NCBI GenBank assembly: GCA_045578765.1
Contig: JAZNKV010000016.1
Span: forward strand, 26,796 to 90,795
Source of the DNA: Christensenellaceae bacterium
Lineage (GTDB): Bacteria > Bacillota > Clostridia > Christensenellales > Borkfalkiaceae
Length of the DNA stretch: 64,000 nucleotides
Direction: 5' to 3'
The notes under the pieces: generated by a model
Database searches by the model: none
Seen by the model: only the letters and a program-made list of their open reading frames with translations
Told to the model about the DNA's origin: nothing
Program-made: the position numbers and the translations under genes
Shown: positions 47,080 to 57,292 of the stretch, in pieces
Position numbering within the stretch: the stretch's first letter is position 1
How the letters are laid out: each line of letters starts with the position of its first letter

Positions 47080-49764
47080 CTATTTGCCTATTCCACAACA
47101 GTTCTTGTATTTTTTACCGCTTCCGCAAGGACAAGGGTCGTTTCTACCGATTTCTTTCTTTGCTTTTTTGGGCATTATAGGGCCTTGTGTTTGGTTTGTT
47201 TGAAGGTTTTCAGTTGTTTCTCTTTTTTCAGGCACTCTTTGTAATTCTGCTTTTAGTAGCAAAGTGATAGTGTCATCTTGAATTGATGAAGTTAAATCCT
47301 CAAACATTTCAAAACCTTCTTTTTTATACTCAACAACAGGGTCAACTTGACCATACCCCCTAAGGCTTATCCCCTTGCGGAGTTGGTCCATTGAGTCAAT
47401 ATGGTCAATCCACTTGGTGTCAATGTTGCGGAGTAATACCATTCTTTCAATTTCAGCAAAATCAACACCCATTTCATTGTATTTTGCAACCTTCTGGTCA
47501 TAAACTTCAATAGTTTCTTGCGTGAGTTTTTCAATAAAGTATTCGTAATCCCAGTTGCTTGCGCGCTCTTTTGTAATAAACTCACTACCTTTGGGTAAAA
47601 GTTTTAATTCAATCGCCGTGTTTAGTGCGTCTAAATCCCAAGTATCAGGCTTATTTTCGTTATCAATAACACTACCTACAACGTAGCGAACAAAGTCAGG
47701 AATAAGTTTGGTTATGTTTTGATGAACGTTTTGGTCGGTAATAACTCTCATTCTTTCAGCATACATAACTTCACGTTGTTTGTTCATTACGTCATCATAC
47801 TCTAAAACATGTTTTCTTATACCAAAGTTTTTGCCTTCAATTGTGCGTTGAGCATTTTCAATGCTTCTTGACAACATTTTAGATTGCATGGGCTGATCTT
47901 CGTCCACCTTAAAGAATTCATAAATTCTTTGCATTCTATCCCCGCCGAAACGTTTTGCAAGATCGTCTTCCAAAGATATAAAGAAAACAGAAGATCCTGC
48001 GTCGCCTTGACGACCGCTTCGACCACGGAGCTGGTTATCAATACGACGTGATTCGTGGCGTTCAGTGCCTAAAATATGAAGTCCACCAGCGCTTACAACT
48101 TTTTCCTTTTCAACATCAGTTTTTTCTTTAAACTTTGCGTAAACTTCAGCGTAGTATTCTCTTGCTTGTTGAGCTTCTTCGGGAATATCGATTATAAATG
48201 AAGTTGCAAGATCAATAACTTCATCTGAATATCCTTTTTCTCTCAATTTTTGTTTAGCCAAAAACTCTGGGTTACCACCAAGAAGTATATCTGTACCACG
48301 GCCCGCCATGTTAGTTGCAATGGTTACTGCACCAAATCTGCCTGCTTGAGCCACGATATCCGCTTCTCTTGCGTGGTTTTTAGCATTAAGAACGTTGTGC
48401 TTTACACCCGCACGAGTCAAAAGCTTACTTATTTCTTCAGACTTTTCAACAGTTACAGTACCAACAAGAATGGGTTGGCCGTTTTTATGGCGTTCTACAA
48501 TTTCTTTAACAATCGCTTTGTTTTTACCAGCCACAGTTTTATAAATTATGTCGGGCATATCAATTCTTGCAACCGGTTTGTTTGTGGGAATTTCCAAAAC
48601 ATCAAGTCCGTAAATCGACCTAAACTCTTCTTCTTCAGATTTAGCAGTACCCGTCATGCCTGAAAGCTTTTTGTATAGACGGAAATAGTTTTGGAAGGTT
48701 ATGGTTGCATAAGTTTTATTTTCGTTGCGAATTCTAACGCTTTCCTTTGCTTCGATTGCTTGGTGAAGCCCGTCTGAATAACGCCTACCTATCATAAGAC
48801 GACCAGTAAACTCGTCAACAATGATTACTTCCCCATCCGAAACAACGTAATCGTTATCACGCTTGAAAATATAGTTTGCCTTTAAGGCTTGTTGAATGTG
48901 ATGCGAAAGCGATGCATTCTCAATATCGGCAAAGCTATTTAGTCCAAAGAAAGATTCGGCCTTTTTTGCGCCAGATTCGGTAATTTGAACAGACTTTTCT
49001 TTGATGTCAATGGTAAAATCTTTGTCTAAAACTAGAGTTTTAACAAACTTATTTGCCGTAAAATACTTTTCGCTTGATTCTTGACCTTTACCTGAAATTA
49101 TAAGAGGAGTTCTCGCTTCGTCAATTAAAATTGAGTCCACTTCGTCAACAATCGCAAACGCCAAAGGGCGTTGAACCATACTTTCTACCCTTGTTTTTAG
49201 GTTATCTCTTAAGTAGTCAAAACCCATTTCGTTGTTCGTGCCGTAGGTAATGTCGCACGCGTATGCTTGCTTTTTGTCTTTATCTTCCATACCCGTTATC
49301 GCCACGCCAACCGTTAAGCCGAGAAATTTATAAACCTTACCCATCCACTCTGCGTCACGTGAAGCAAGATAATCGTTTACGGTTACTACGTGTACGCCTT
49401 CACCAGTCAAAGCATTTAAGTATGCGGGAAGAGTTGCAACAAGAGTTTTACCTTCACCTGTTCTCATTTCAGCAACTCTACCTTGATGCAAGCAGATACC
49501 GCCGATAATTTGCACCTTATAGTGACGCATATTAAGAACACGCCAAGCAGCTTCTCTAACCACGGCAAACGCGTCACACAAAATATCATCAAGCGTTTCA
49601 CCCGCTTTCAGCCTTCCACGCAAAAAGTCCGTCTGTTCACGAAGTTCTTCGTCAGTAAAACTTGCATACTTGCTTTCAAGAGCAATTACGTCGTCAGCAA
49701 GTTTATCAATTCTCTTTAAATTCTTTCGGCTTTCTCCGCCAAGGATATACCTAAATAATCCCAT
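47080..49764 (-). CDS. secA: preprotein translocase ATPase SecA
   Basis: MRTGEGKT, a DEAD-like DEVDS, and a C-terminal zinc motif (CPCGSGKKYKNCCG). 894 aa. Confidence 0.95.
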   Translation of the reverse strand: MGLFRYILGGESRKNLKRIDKLADDVIALESKYASFTDEELREQTDFLRGRLKAGETLDDILCDAFAVVREAAWRVLNMRHYKVQIIGGICLHQGRVAEMRTGEGKTLVATLPAYLNALTGEGVHVVTVNDYLASRDAEWMGKVYKFLGLTVGVAITGMEDKDKKQAYACDITYGTNNEMGFDYLRDNLKTRVESMVQRPLAFAIVDEVDSILIDEARTPLIISGKGQESSEKYFTANKFVKTLVLDKDFTIDIKEKSVQITESGAKKAESFFGLNSFADIENASLSHHIQQALKANYIFKRDNDYVVSDGEVIIVDEFTGRLMIGRRYSDGLHQAIEAKESVRIRNENKTYATITFQNYFRLYKKLSGMTGTAKSEEEEFRSIYGLDVLEIPTNKPVARIDMPDIIYKTVAGKNKAIVKEIVERHKNGQPILVGTVTVEKSEEISKLLTRAGVKHNVLNAKNHAREADIVAQAGRFGAVTIATNMAGRGTDILLGGNPEFLAKQKLREKGYSDEVIDLATSFIIDIPEEAQQAREYYAEVYAKFKEKTDVEKEKVVSAGGLHILGTERHESRRIDNQLRGRSGRQGDAGSSVFFISLEDDLAKRFGGDRMQRIYEFFKVDEDQPMQSKMLSRSIENAQRTIEGKNFGIRKHVLEYDDVMNKQREVMYAERMRVITDQNVHQNITKLIPDFVRYVVGSVIDNENKPDTWDLDALNTAIELKLLPKGSEFITKERASNWDYEYFIEKLTQETIEVYDQKVAKYNEMGVDFAEIERMVLLRNIDTKWIDHIDSMDQLRKGISLRGYGQVDPVVEYKKEGFEMFEDLTSSIQDDTITLLLKAELQRVPEKRETTENLQTNQTQGPIMPKKAKKEIGRNDPCPCGSGKKYKNCCGIGK

Positions 49765-49785
49765 TTCATTCTCCGTAATTTAATT

Positions 49786-50523
49786 TTAATATTTATCAAT
49801 GGGCGGTGTGCTGGCAACTGTAACTAAGTATACTTTTTCAGCACCCGCTTTCTTTAATATCTTTGCAATAATTTCCGCCGTTGAACCGGTTGTAGTAACA
49901 TCGTCAACAATAACAAGCGTTTTATCTTTTACAGCGCCTTTATCGACAACCTTAAAAGCACCTTCTAAGTTTTTAAGACGTTCTGCTCTGGATAATGTCG
50001 CTTGCCTTTTAGTTTCTTTTACTTTATCTACGCAATGTAAGAGTGGAACATTAGTACTTTCACTCAACTTTTGCGCGAGGATTTTTGATTGATTGTACCC
50101 TCTTTTCCGTTCCGCTCTTTTGGTCATTGGAATATAAATGAAGCCATCAGCATTAAAATAATTTTTTAAATACAAAAGCGCTAAACGTTGGGCAAAATAA
50201 TCAAGCAAATATTGTTTACCTGCATATTTTGCGTTTTTAATTAATTTGTCTATGGGCTTTTCATAGGAAAAACAACTTCTTGAAAGGTCTAAAGAGACCA
50301 AATAGCCTTTACACGTCGTACAATAGCGTTCAGGAGCAATAACTTTCCTTCCACAATGCGCACAAATAGGTCCGTCATTAAAAGGCAGTTGCTTTTCACA
50401 ATCTTCACAAAAATATTTGTCTTTATCAAATATCTCACGTTCGCAAAGCAAACATTTCCAGTTTGGCGTAAATAACGCATTTTTTATAATTATAAAAAGC
50501 TTTTTTAAAATACCTTGTTTCAC
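49786..50523 (-). CDS. comFC: ComF family protein (ComFC-type phosphoribosyltransferase-like)
   Basis: It has N-terminal paired CxxC motifs and a PRT motif ([13 protein letters not shown]). Its start overlaps the metK stop (ATGA). Confidence 0.75.
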   Translation of the reverse strand: MKQGILKKLFIIIKNALFTPNWKCLLCEREIFDKDKYFCEDCEKQLPFNDGPICAHCGRKVIAPERYCTTCKGYLVSLDLSRSCFSYEKPIDKLIKNAKYAGKQYLLDYFAQRLALLYLKNYFNADGFIYIPMTKRAERKRGYNQSKILAQKLSESTNVPLLHCVDKVKETKRQATLSRAERLKNLEGAFKVVDKGAVKDKTLVIVDDVTTTGSTAEIIAKILKKAGAEKVYLVTVASTPPIDKY

Positions 50524-51686
50524 AAGTATTTTTTAAGGTCGCAAGCCTTATCCGTTCTTTCCCAAGCAAAGCCTTCTTTACCAAAGTGGCCGTAACTTGC
50601 CGTAGCCTTATAAACAGGTGCATTAAGTTCAAGTTTTTCAATGATTGCCGAAGGGCGCAAATCGAATTCTTTTTGAACAATTTGAGCAATGTTTTCATCA
50701 CTTATTTTACCCGTACCAAACGTGTTTATCAAAACTGAAACAGGTTTTGCAACACCTATTGCGTAAGCAAGTTGAATTTGGCATTGTTTTGCAAGCCCTG
50801 CGCTTACAACGTTTTTGCAAACGTATCTTGCCATATAAGTTGCTGAACGGTCAACTTTCGTGGGGTCTTTTCCGCTAAACGCTCCCCCACCGTGCGGACA
50901 CATACCGCCGTAAGTGTCAACTATAATTTTTCTACCCGTTAACCCAGAGTCGCCATTAGGCCCACCAATTTCAAATCTACCTGTAGGATTGATAAAATAT
51001 TCGGTGTTTTCATCAAGATATTTTGCAGGAATTACCTTTTCAATAATCAACTTTTTAACGTCACTACGCAATTGTTCGGTGCTAACACTATCATCATGCT
51101 GAGTGGACAAAACAACCGTCTTGACACGAACAGGTATTCCGTCTTCATACTCAACGGTAACTTGTCCTTTACCATCAGGACGCAAATATTTTAGTTCGCC
51201 TTGTTTTCTAACGCTTTCTAATTTTTGACATAACTTATGAGCAAGCGTAATAGGTAGTGGCATAAGTTCTTCTGTTTCAGTCGACGCATAGCCAAACATA
51301 ATACCTTGATCGCCTGCGCCTATCTTGTCGTATTTATCGTCACCCGACTTGCTTTCAACAGAGTTGTCAACGCCAAGCGCAATGTCGGCACTTTGATTTT
51401 TGAGTTTGACTATAATTTCAACGTCATCTGCACTAAACCCAATGTTTTTATCCGTATATCCTATTTCACTAATAACCTTTCTTGCAACACTTTCAATGTC
51501 AACTTGTGCCGAAGAAGTAATTTCGCCCATTATTAGCAAAAAATCAGTAGTAACACTACATTCACAAGCAACCCTTGCGTTAGGGTCTTTTTCTAAATAA
51601 GCATCCAAAATAGCATCGGAAATATTGTCACAAACTTTGTCAGGATGACCACTGGTAACACTTTCACTGGTAAAATAATATTTCAT
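50520..51686 (-). CDS. metK: S-adenosylmethionine synthase
   Basis: [25 protein letters not shown] and [16 protein letters not shown]. Confidence 0.95.
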   Translation of the reverse strand: MKYYFTSESVTSGHPDKVCDNISDAILDAYLEKDPNARVACECSVTTDFLLIMGEITSSAQVDIESVARKVISEIGYTDKNIGFSADDVEIIVKLKNQSADIALGVDNSVESKSGDDKYDKIGAGDQGIMFGYASTETEELMPLPITLAHKLCQKLESVRKQGELKYLRPDGKGQVTVEYEDGIPVRVKTVVLSTQHDDSVSTEQLRSDVKKLIIEKVIPAKYLDENTEYFINPTGRFEIGGPNGDSGLTGRKIIVDTYGGMCPHGGGAFSGKDPTKVDRSATYMARYVCKNVVSAGLAKQCQIQLAYAIGVAKPVSVLINTFGTGKISDENIAQIVQKEFDLRPSAIIEKLELNAPVYKATASYGHFGKEGFAWERTDKACDLKKYL

Positions 51687-51720
51687 AGTTTCCTCATAAG
51701 CAATAATTTACTATTTAATT

Positions 51721-51749
51721 ATTATACACTAATAATTAGAGTGTGTCAA
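51721..51749 (-). promoter_or_regulatory. consensus sigma-A promoter of metK
   Basis: On the minus strand: TTGACA (51749-51744), 17-nt spacer, TATAAT (51726-51721). This leaves a leader of only about 30 nt. Confidence 0.55.
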
Positions 51750-51847
51750 TTGTGTTAACGCATAATGCTTGTATTTTTTAAATTTACACATTAAATTTTT
51801 TGCCGAAAATTGATATATTTTAGCACGTTTTTTTATAGTTTAAAATA

Positions 51848-51863
51848 TTGACTTCAATGTCAA
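51848..51863. promoter_or_regulatory. palindromic operator candidate 1 (TTGAC-N6-GTCAA)
   Basis: ttgacttcaatgtcaa has perfect 5-bp arms. It is about 30 nt upstream of the tetR -35 box. Confidence 0.45.
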
Positions 51864-51890
51864 TTTTTTATTTTTTTACCTCTATTTTGT

Positions 51891-51920
51891 TTGACAAAAA
51901 AAACGTTAAAGGATTATAAT
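51891..51920 (+). promoter_or_regulatory. promoter of the tetR-ABC-ABC-radical SAM operon
   Basis: TTGACA 51891-51896, 18-nt spacer, TATAAT 51915-51920. Confidence 0.5.
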
Positions 51921-51927
51921 ATATTTG

Positions 51928-51943
51928 TTGACTTTTGTGTCAA
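51928..51943. promoter_or_regulatory. palindromic operator candidate 2 (TTGAC-N6-GTCAA)
   Basis: ttgacttttgtgtcaa lies immediately downstream of the -10 box and upstream of the SD (aagga) and ATG 51957. Confidence 0.5.
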
Positions 51944-51956
51944 TACAAGGATTGTT

Positions 51957-52571
51957 ATGATAGAAAAAAATCAAGATTTAACACTAAAAGAACAAAGAAA
52001 AAACCAAATTGTTTTATCCGCGTTAAAGGTGTTTTGCAAAAAGGGATATGACGGTGCAACGGTTAACGACATAGTAAAGCATGCAAAATGTAGCCACGGG
52101 CTTTTTTATCATTATTTTAAAAATAAGAAAGAGCTTTTTGACGCTGTTAGCGAAATACGTGGTAAACATATGATGACCTTTTTAGACGACGTGCTAAAAG
52201 ATGATTCAAACTATGTGGAAAAACTATACAAATTGACTCAATATACTTTTGAAAATATTAAAAATGACGAGATTTTTGCATACCGTTATTACTTTTTTGT
52301 TACAACTGTATTTAACAACACAAAAAAATGCAACCGCCCACATAGCAATGAAACACCACCACATTTAAGAATGTTTGCCTTTTTTGAAAAAGGAATAAAT
52401 CGTGGTGACTTTAATGACAACTTCCCACCAGAAGAGTGCGCTAAACTATATAATTCAATAATACAAGGTGCAACGTTAAACTTTATACTTTGCCCAAAAG
52501 AATTTAAACAAAACTTCAAGTTCCCTATGTTAGAATTTATTGTAAACATATTTAAAAAAGGAGGCAACTAA
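51957..52571 (+). CDS. TetR/AcrR family transcriptional regulator
   Basis: HTH motif GYDGATVNDIVKHAKCSHGLFYHYFKNKKELF. The start is placed at ATG 51957, because the track ORF start at 51891 is the -35 box. Confidence 0.8.
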   Translation: MIEKNQDLTLKEQRKNQIVLSALKVFCKKGYDGATVNDIVKHAKCSHGLFYHYFKNKKELFDAVSEIRGKHMMTFLDDVLKDDSNYVEKLYKLTQYTFENIKNDEIFAYRYYFFVTTVFNNTKKCNRPHSNETPPHLRMFAFFEKGINRGDFNDNFPPEECAKLYNSIIQGATLNFILCPKEFKQNFKFPMLEFIVNIFKKGGN

Positions 52572-54424
52572 TGGCTAAAACAAAAACAAAACAAACAAGC
52601 GGATTCATGCCTTCGGTCAAAACTCTCGCAAAGTCAATAAGAGAATACAAAAAGCCGTCTATTCTTGCACCTATTTTCGTTGCAATAGAAGTAGTGTTGG
52701 AGTGCTTTATTCCCTACATTATGACCTTACTTCTTGGTGCAATAGATTTTATATCAAATAACCCCGAAAATCCCAACCCTATTTCAGTAAACATTGTTAA
52801 ACTTATATTCGGCAATAATCCACCCGTACTTTTAACAACAATCTTATGGTTTGGATTAGCATTGCTCTTACTTGCTGGGCTATCTTTAACATGCGGTGCA
52901 CTTTCAGGTAAGTTTTGCGCCATAGCATCAAGCGGGTTTGCTAAAAACTTAAGAAAAGATATGTATTATAAAGTTCAAGATTTTTCTTTTGCTAATATTG
53001 ACCGCTTTTCTTCTTCAAGTTTGATAACAAGGTTAACCACTGACGTTATGCACGTTGAAATGAGCTATATGATGATAATTAGAACGGCTGTTCGTTCTCC
53101 GTTTATGCTTATTTTTTCTTTGGTAATGTCCTTTTCAATCAACGCAAATATGGCTTTAATCTTTTTAGGTACAACACCTATTTTAGCCACTGGTTTGATT
53201 TTGATTATGACTAAGGCAATACCGTTCTTTCACAGAATATTCAAAAAATATGATAAAATGAATGAATCTGTTGAAGAAAACATTAGCGGTATGCGCGTTG
53301 TTAAGTCATACGTTAGAGAAGATTTTGAAAAAGAAAAATTTGAAAGCGCCTCTTCAAGTGTTAAAAGCGATTTTATTAAAGCAGAAAAACTTATAGCGTT
53401 AAACGGCCCGTTAATGAACTTTTGCGTTTATACTGGGCTTATACTTATATACATTATTGGTTCATCCATTATAATAAACTCAAAAGAATCATTACTTAAG
53501 ATGACTGAGCTTCAAAGTTTTATGACTTATTCTTTCCAAATGCTCATGTCTCTTATGATGCTTTCAATGATAATGGTTCAACTAATAATGTCAACTGCAA
53601 GTATGAAAAGAATTGCAGAAGTACTTAATGAACAGCCCACAATAGTTTCTCCTACAAATGCAGTTAACGAAGTTAATGACGGTTCCATTGAGTTTAACAA
53701 CGTAAACTTCAAGTACTCACAAAGCGCACAAAGATACGCATTATCAAACGTTAATCTAAAAATTGAGAGCGGGCAAACAATTGGTATAATCGGTAGTACA
53801 GGTTCAAGCAAAACTACTCTTGTTCAACTTATCCCCCGCCTTTACGATACAACTGATGGTATAGTTAAGGTTGGTGGTGTTGACGTTAAAGAATATGATT
53901 TAGATACTTTACGAAATGCCGTTGCAATGGTACTGCAAAAGAACGTTCTTTTCTCTGGCACGGTTAGAGAAAACATGCAATGGGGAAATAAAACTGCTAC
54001 TGACGAACAAATCCAACATGCACTTAATCTCGCACAAATTGGCAATATGGAGCTTGATAAGTATATTGAACAAAGTGGTGTCAACGTTTCAGGCGGACAA
54101 AAACAGAGACTTTGCATTGCAAGAGCTTTGCTCAAAAATCCAAAAATAATTATATTTGATGATTCGACAAGTGCTGTTGATACAAAAACGGACGCTCTTA
54201 TTAGAAAATCTTTAAGAGAATATATTCCCGAAACAACAAAAATAATAATCGCACAAAGAATAGCATCAGTTCAAGACGCTGACCAAATCATCATAATGGA
54301 TGGCGGAGAAATTTCCGCACTTGGAACACACGAAGAGCTTCTTGCTGGCAACGAAATTTATCAACAACTTTATCACTCTCAACACAATGCTCAAAACAAG
54401 AAGGGAGGTGATATCAATGGCTAG
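52571..54424 (+). CDS. ABC exporter subunit (fused TMD-NBD), partner 1
   Basis: It has six predicted TM helices, Walker A GSTGSSKTT, signature VSGGQKQR and Walker B IIIFDDSTS. Confidence 0.85.
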   Translation: MAKTKTKQTSGFMPSVKTLAKSIREYKKPSILAPIFVAIEVVLECFIPYIMTLLLGAIDFISNNPENPNPISVNIVKLIFGNNPPVLLTTILWFGLALLLLAGLSLTCGALSGKFCAIASSGFAKNLRKDMYYKVQDFSFANIDRFSSSSLITRLTTDVMHVEMSYMMIIRTAVRSPFMLIFSLVMSFSINANMALIFLGTTPILATGLILIMTKAIPFFHRIFKKYDKMNESVEENISGMRVVKSYVREDFEKEKFESASSSVKSDFIKAEKLIALNGPLMNFCVYTGLILIYIIGSSIIINSKESLLKMTELQSFMTYSFQMLMSLMMLSMIMVQLIMSTASMKRIAEVLNEQPTIVSPTNAVNEVNDGSIEFNNVNFKYSQSAQRYALSNVNLKIESGQTIGIIGSTGSSKTTLVQLIPRLYDTTDGIVKVGGVDVKEYDLDTLRNAVAMVLQKNVLFSGTVRENMQWGNKTATDEQIQHALNLAQIGNMELDKYIEQSGVNVSGGQKQRLCIARALLKNPKIIIFDDSTSAVDTKTDALIRKSLREYIPETTKIIIAQRIASVQDADQIIIMDGGEISALGTHEELLAGNEIYQQLYHSQHNAQNKKGGDING

Positions 54425-56384
54425 AGCAATGAATATGCGTTCGGGTAGAAACGGCATGAAAGGTGGACCCCGTCCTAAAGCAAAAAAAGGCACACTAAAA
54501 AGAGTTTTATCAATGCTTTTTTCAAGCAGTAAAAAGCATATGGCCGTTGTATTTGCTTGTATTACTATAAGCGCAATTACTGGCGTTACTTCTTCAATAT
54601 TCTTAAAAGAATTATTAAAACTAATTGAAGTTGGCGTCGATTCAGGCTTTTCTGCAGTAGCTCAAGCCCTTACTACCCTATTTGTTACTATGGGTGCGGT
54701 ATATTTTACTTCAATACTGTGCAACTATATTCAAACACGAGTAATGGCATCAGTAACACAAAACTTTTTGCATAAAATAAGAACTGACGTTTTTAATAAA
54801 ATGCAATCGTTGCCTATTAAATATTTTGATTCGCATTTAACCGGCGATATAATGAGCTCCTACACCAACGATACTGACGCTATCCGTCAACTCGTTTCAC
54901 AAAGCATCCCCAACCTATATTCGTCTTTGATAAGCGTTACAACCTTGCTTGTTATAATGTTAACTTCTAGTATATGGCTGTCGTTAGTAATATTTTTAGG
55001 CGTGATTGCAATGTTTTTCGTTACAAAAATTGTTGGTGGAAATAGTGCAAAGTTCTTCGTTAAACAACAAATCGCTCTTGGCGCAGAAGAAGGCTATATC
55101 CAAGAAATGATACAAGGACAGAAGGTTGTAAAGGTTTTCTGCCATGAAGAAGAAAGCAAAGAAAAGTTCAACGAAAAGAACAACCAGCTTTGCAAAGACG
55201 CAACAAGCGCACATACTTACGCAAATATTTTGATGCCTATTATGGGAAATCTTGGCAACATTTTATACGTTCTTCTTGCGTTTATCGGTGGACTTTTAGT
55301 TGCACTTGGCGTACAAAACTTAACAATAACAGGTTTTGAACCGCTTTTTACGATGGAAAATAAACTTTCTTTCTTAATAACGATTATCGCATTTTTGCCT
55401 ATAAGCAAACAGTTTACAGGCCAAGTATCGCAATCATCACAACAAATTAACTCTATAGTTATGGGGCTTGCCGGTGCATCAAGACTTTTTGAACTGCTTG
55501 ACCAAGAACCTGAAAAAGACGAAGGTTACGTTACGCTTGTTCGTTGCAACATTGACAAAAACGGCGTCATAACGGAATGTGAAGAACGCACTGGACATTG
55601 GGCGTGGAAGCACCCACACAAAACGGATGGAACTGTCACCTACACCGAGCTTAAAGGCGATATTCAAATGTTTGACGTTGACTTTGGATACGTTGAAGAC
55701 AAAATCGTTTTACACGACGTTTCACTTTACGCAAAACCCGGTCAAAAAATAGCATTTGTTGGTGCAACTGGCGCTGGAAAAACAACCATCACCAACCTTA
55801 TAAATCGTTTCTACGATATTGCCGACGGAAAAATTCGTTATGATGGGATAAACATTAACAAAATAAAAAAAGAGGATTTAAGGCGCTCTCTCGGTATTGT
55901 TCTACAAGACACCAACCTGTTTACAGGAACCATTATGGAAAATATTCGTTACGGAAGGCTTTCGGCAACTGATGAAGAGTGCATTGAGGCGGCAAAACTT
56001 GCTTACGCGCACGACTTTATTACAAGATTGCCTGAAGGCTATAACACTATGCTTTCTGCCGATGGCGCTAACCTTTCACAAGGGCAAAGACAACTCCTAT
56101 CTATAGCACGCGCTGCGGTTAAAGATGCACCCGTTATGATTTTAGACGAAGCGACGTCTTCAATCGATACAAGAACCGAAGCTTTAGTCCAAAAAGGTAC
56201 GGATAGGCTTATGCAAGGCAGAACTGTTTTCGTTATCGCGCACAGACTTTCTACCGTTCAAAATTCAGACGTTATAATGGTGCTTGAACAGGGTAGAATC
56301 ATTGAACGTGGTTCACACGAAGAATTAATCGCAAAGCAAGGAAAATATTACCAACTTTACACTGGAGCTTTTGAACTTGAATAA
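54417..56384 (+). CDS. ABC exporter subunit (fused TMD-NBD), partner 2
   Basis: The ATG at 54417 has GGAGGTG 6 nt upstream and overlaps partner 1 by 8 nt. It has Walker A GATGAGKTT, signature LSQGQRQ and Walker B ILDEATSS. A ~45-aa insert (YVTLVRCNIDKNG...WAWKHPHK) lies between the TMD and NBD. Confidence 0.85.
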   Translation: MARAMNMRSGRNGMKGGPRPKAKKGTLKRVLSMLFSSSKKHMAVVFACITISAITGVTSSIFLKELLKLIEVGVDSGFSAVAQALTTLFVTMGAVYFTSILCNYIQTRVMASVTQNFLHKIRTDVFNKMQSLPIKYFDSHLTGDIMSSYTNDTDAIRQLVSQSIPNLYSSLISVTTLLVIMLTSSIWLSLVIFLGVIAMFFVTKIVGGNSAKFFVKQQIALGAEEGYIQEMIQGQKVVKVFCHEEESKEKFNEKNNQLCKDATSAHTYANILMPIMGNLGNILYVLLAFIGGLLVALGVQNLTITGFEPLFTMENKLSFLITIIAFLPISKQFTGQVSQSSQQINSIVMGLAGASRLFELLDQEPEKDEGYVTLVRCNIDKNGVITECEERTGHWAWKHPHKTDGTVTYTELKGDIQMFDVDFGYVEDKIVLHDVSLYAKPGQKIAFVGATGAGKTTITNLINRFYDIADGKIRYDGININKIKKEDLRRSLGIVLQDTNLFTGTIMENIRYGRLSATDEECIEAAKLAYAHDFITRLPEGYNTMLSADGANLSQGQRQLLSIARAAVKDAPVMILDEATSSIDTRTEALVQKGTDRLMQGRTVFVIAHRLSTVQNSDVIMVLEQGRIIERGSHEELIAKQGKYYQLYTGAFELE

Positions 56385-57240
56385 TTTTTGCAATCTTTGC
56401 CCCAACAAATGCAAAGTAAACAAAACTACACAAAAAGGTTTATGCGGGACTGACGATGAAATTTTTATCGCCAAATATTACTTGCACCCTTTTGAAGAGC
56501 CTATAATCAGCGGAACAAACGGCTCTGGTACAGTATTCTTTTGCGGATGCTCGCTTAAATGTGTTTTTTGCCAAAACTTTGAGCTTTCACGCTCAATGCG
56601 CGGTAAAGAAATTTCGGTAAAAGAACTTGCTAACATATTTAAGTTTTTAGAAGATAATGGTGCACACAACATTAACCTTGTCAGTCCAACTCATTACTCT
56701 AATAAGATAATAGATGCGCTTAAAATCTATCGCCCAAAAATTCCTATAGTCTACAATACGCACGGCTATGAAAATACTGAAATATTGAATACGTTAAATG
56801 ATTTTGTTGACATTTATCTTCCCGATATAAAATTTTTCTCGCCTATAGTTTCTAAAAAATATTGCGGAAAAGAAAACTATTTTAACGTTGCAAGTAAAGC
56901 TATAGAGTTTATGATACAAAGTAAACCTTTAAGTTTTGGCGACGACGGTCTAGTTAAAAGTGGCGTTGTTGTAAGGCACTTAGTTTTACCACAAAACGTT
57001 AATGACAGCAAGAAAATTTTGGATTGGTATTCTTCTATTAAAGATAACGCGTTTATCAACGTTATGAGTCAATATACACCGTTTGGAAACATTACTAATT
57101 TTCCAGAGCTTAACAGAAAAATAACAAGGCGTGAATATGAAAACGTTATTGATTATGCAATTTCGTTAGGAATAGAAAACATGTTCTATCAAGAACAAAT
57201 TAGCGCTGATGAAAAATATATTCCCAAATGGGATTTTTAG
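56371..57240 (+). CDS. radical SAM protein, PflX-like (pyruvate formate-lyase activase-related)
   Basis: It has a Cx3Cx2C motif (CSLKCVFCQN) and an N-terminal extra Cys cluster (CNLCPNKCKV...C). It overlaps the ABC stop. The start is TTG 56371 or TTG 56377. Confidence 0.72.
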   Translation: MNLNNFCNLCPNKCKVNKTTQKGLCGTDDEIFIAKYYLHPFEEPIISGTNGSGTVFFCGCSLKCVFCQNFELSRSMRGKEISVKELANIFKFLEDNGAHNINLVSPTHYSNKIIDALKIYRPKIPIVYNTHGYENTEILNTLNDFVDIYLPDIKFFSPIVSKKYCGKENYFNVASKAIEFMIQSKPLSFGDDGLVKSGVVVRHLVLPQNVNDSKKILDWYSSIKDNAFINVMSQYTPFGNITNFPELNRKITRREYENVIDYAISLGIENMFYQEQISADEKYIPKWDF

Positions 57241-57246
57241 GATAAG

Positions 57247-57286
57247 AAAAAGGCTTTGCTTATATTGAAGCAAAGCCTTTATTTTT
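57247..57286. terminator. bidirectional terminator
   Basis: A 13-bp perfect stem, aaaggctttgctt (57249-57261) with aagcaaagccttt (57268-57280), is flanked by A and T runs. Confidence 0.8.
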
Positions 57287-57292
57287 GCAATA

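Noticed and set aside
51687-51890. Search for a SAM-I (S-box) riboswitch upstream of metK
   Set aside because: The region is uniformly AT-rich. The predicted promoter leaves a ~30-nt leader, and no S-box core elements are visible on the minus strand.
54300-54416. 39-codon N-terminal extension of the second ABC subunit, as given in the ORF track
   Set aside because: It lies inside the 3' end of the first ABC gene in another frame. The ATG at 54417 has a strong GGAGGTG SD and gives a typical N-terminus.
51891-57240. RiPP/bacteriocin-type cluster (radical SAM + ABC exporters + regulator)
   Set aside because: The radical SAM protein is PflX-like and short (289 aa), without a SPASM/twitch Cys-rich C-terminus. 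I found no precursor-peptide-like small ORF, and the ABC proteins lack a peptidase C39 domain.
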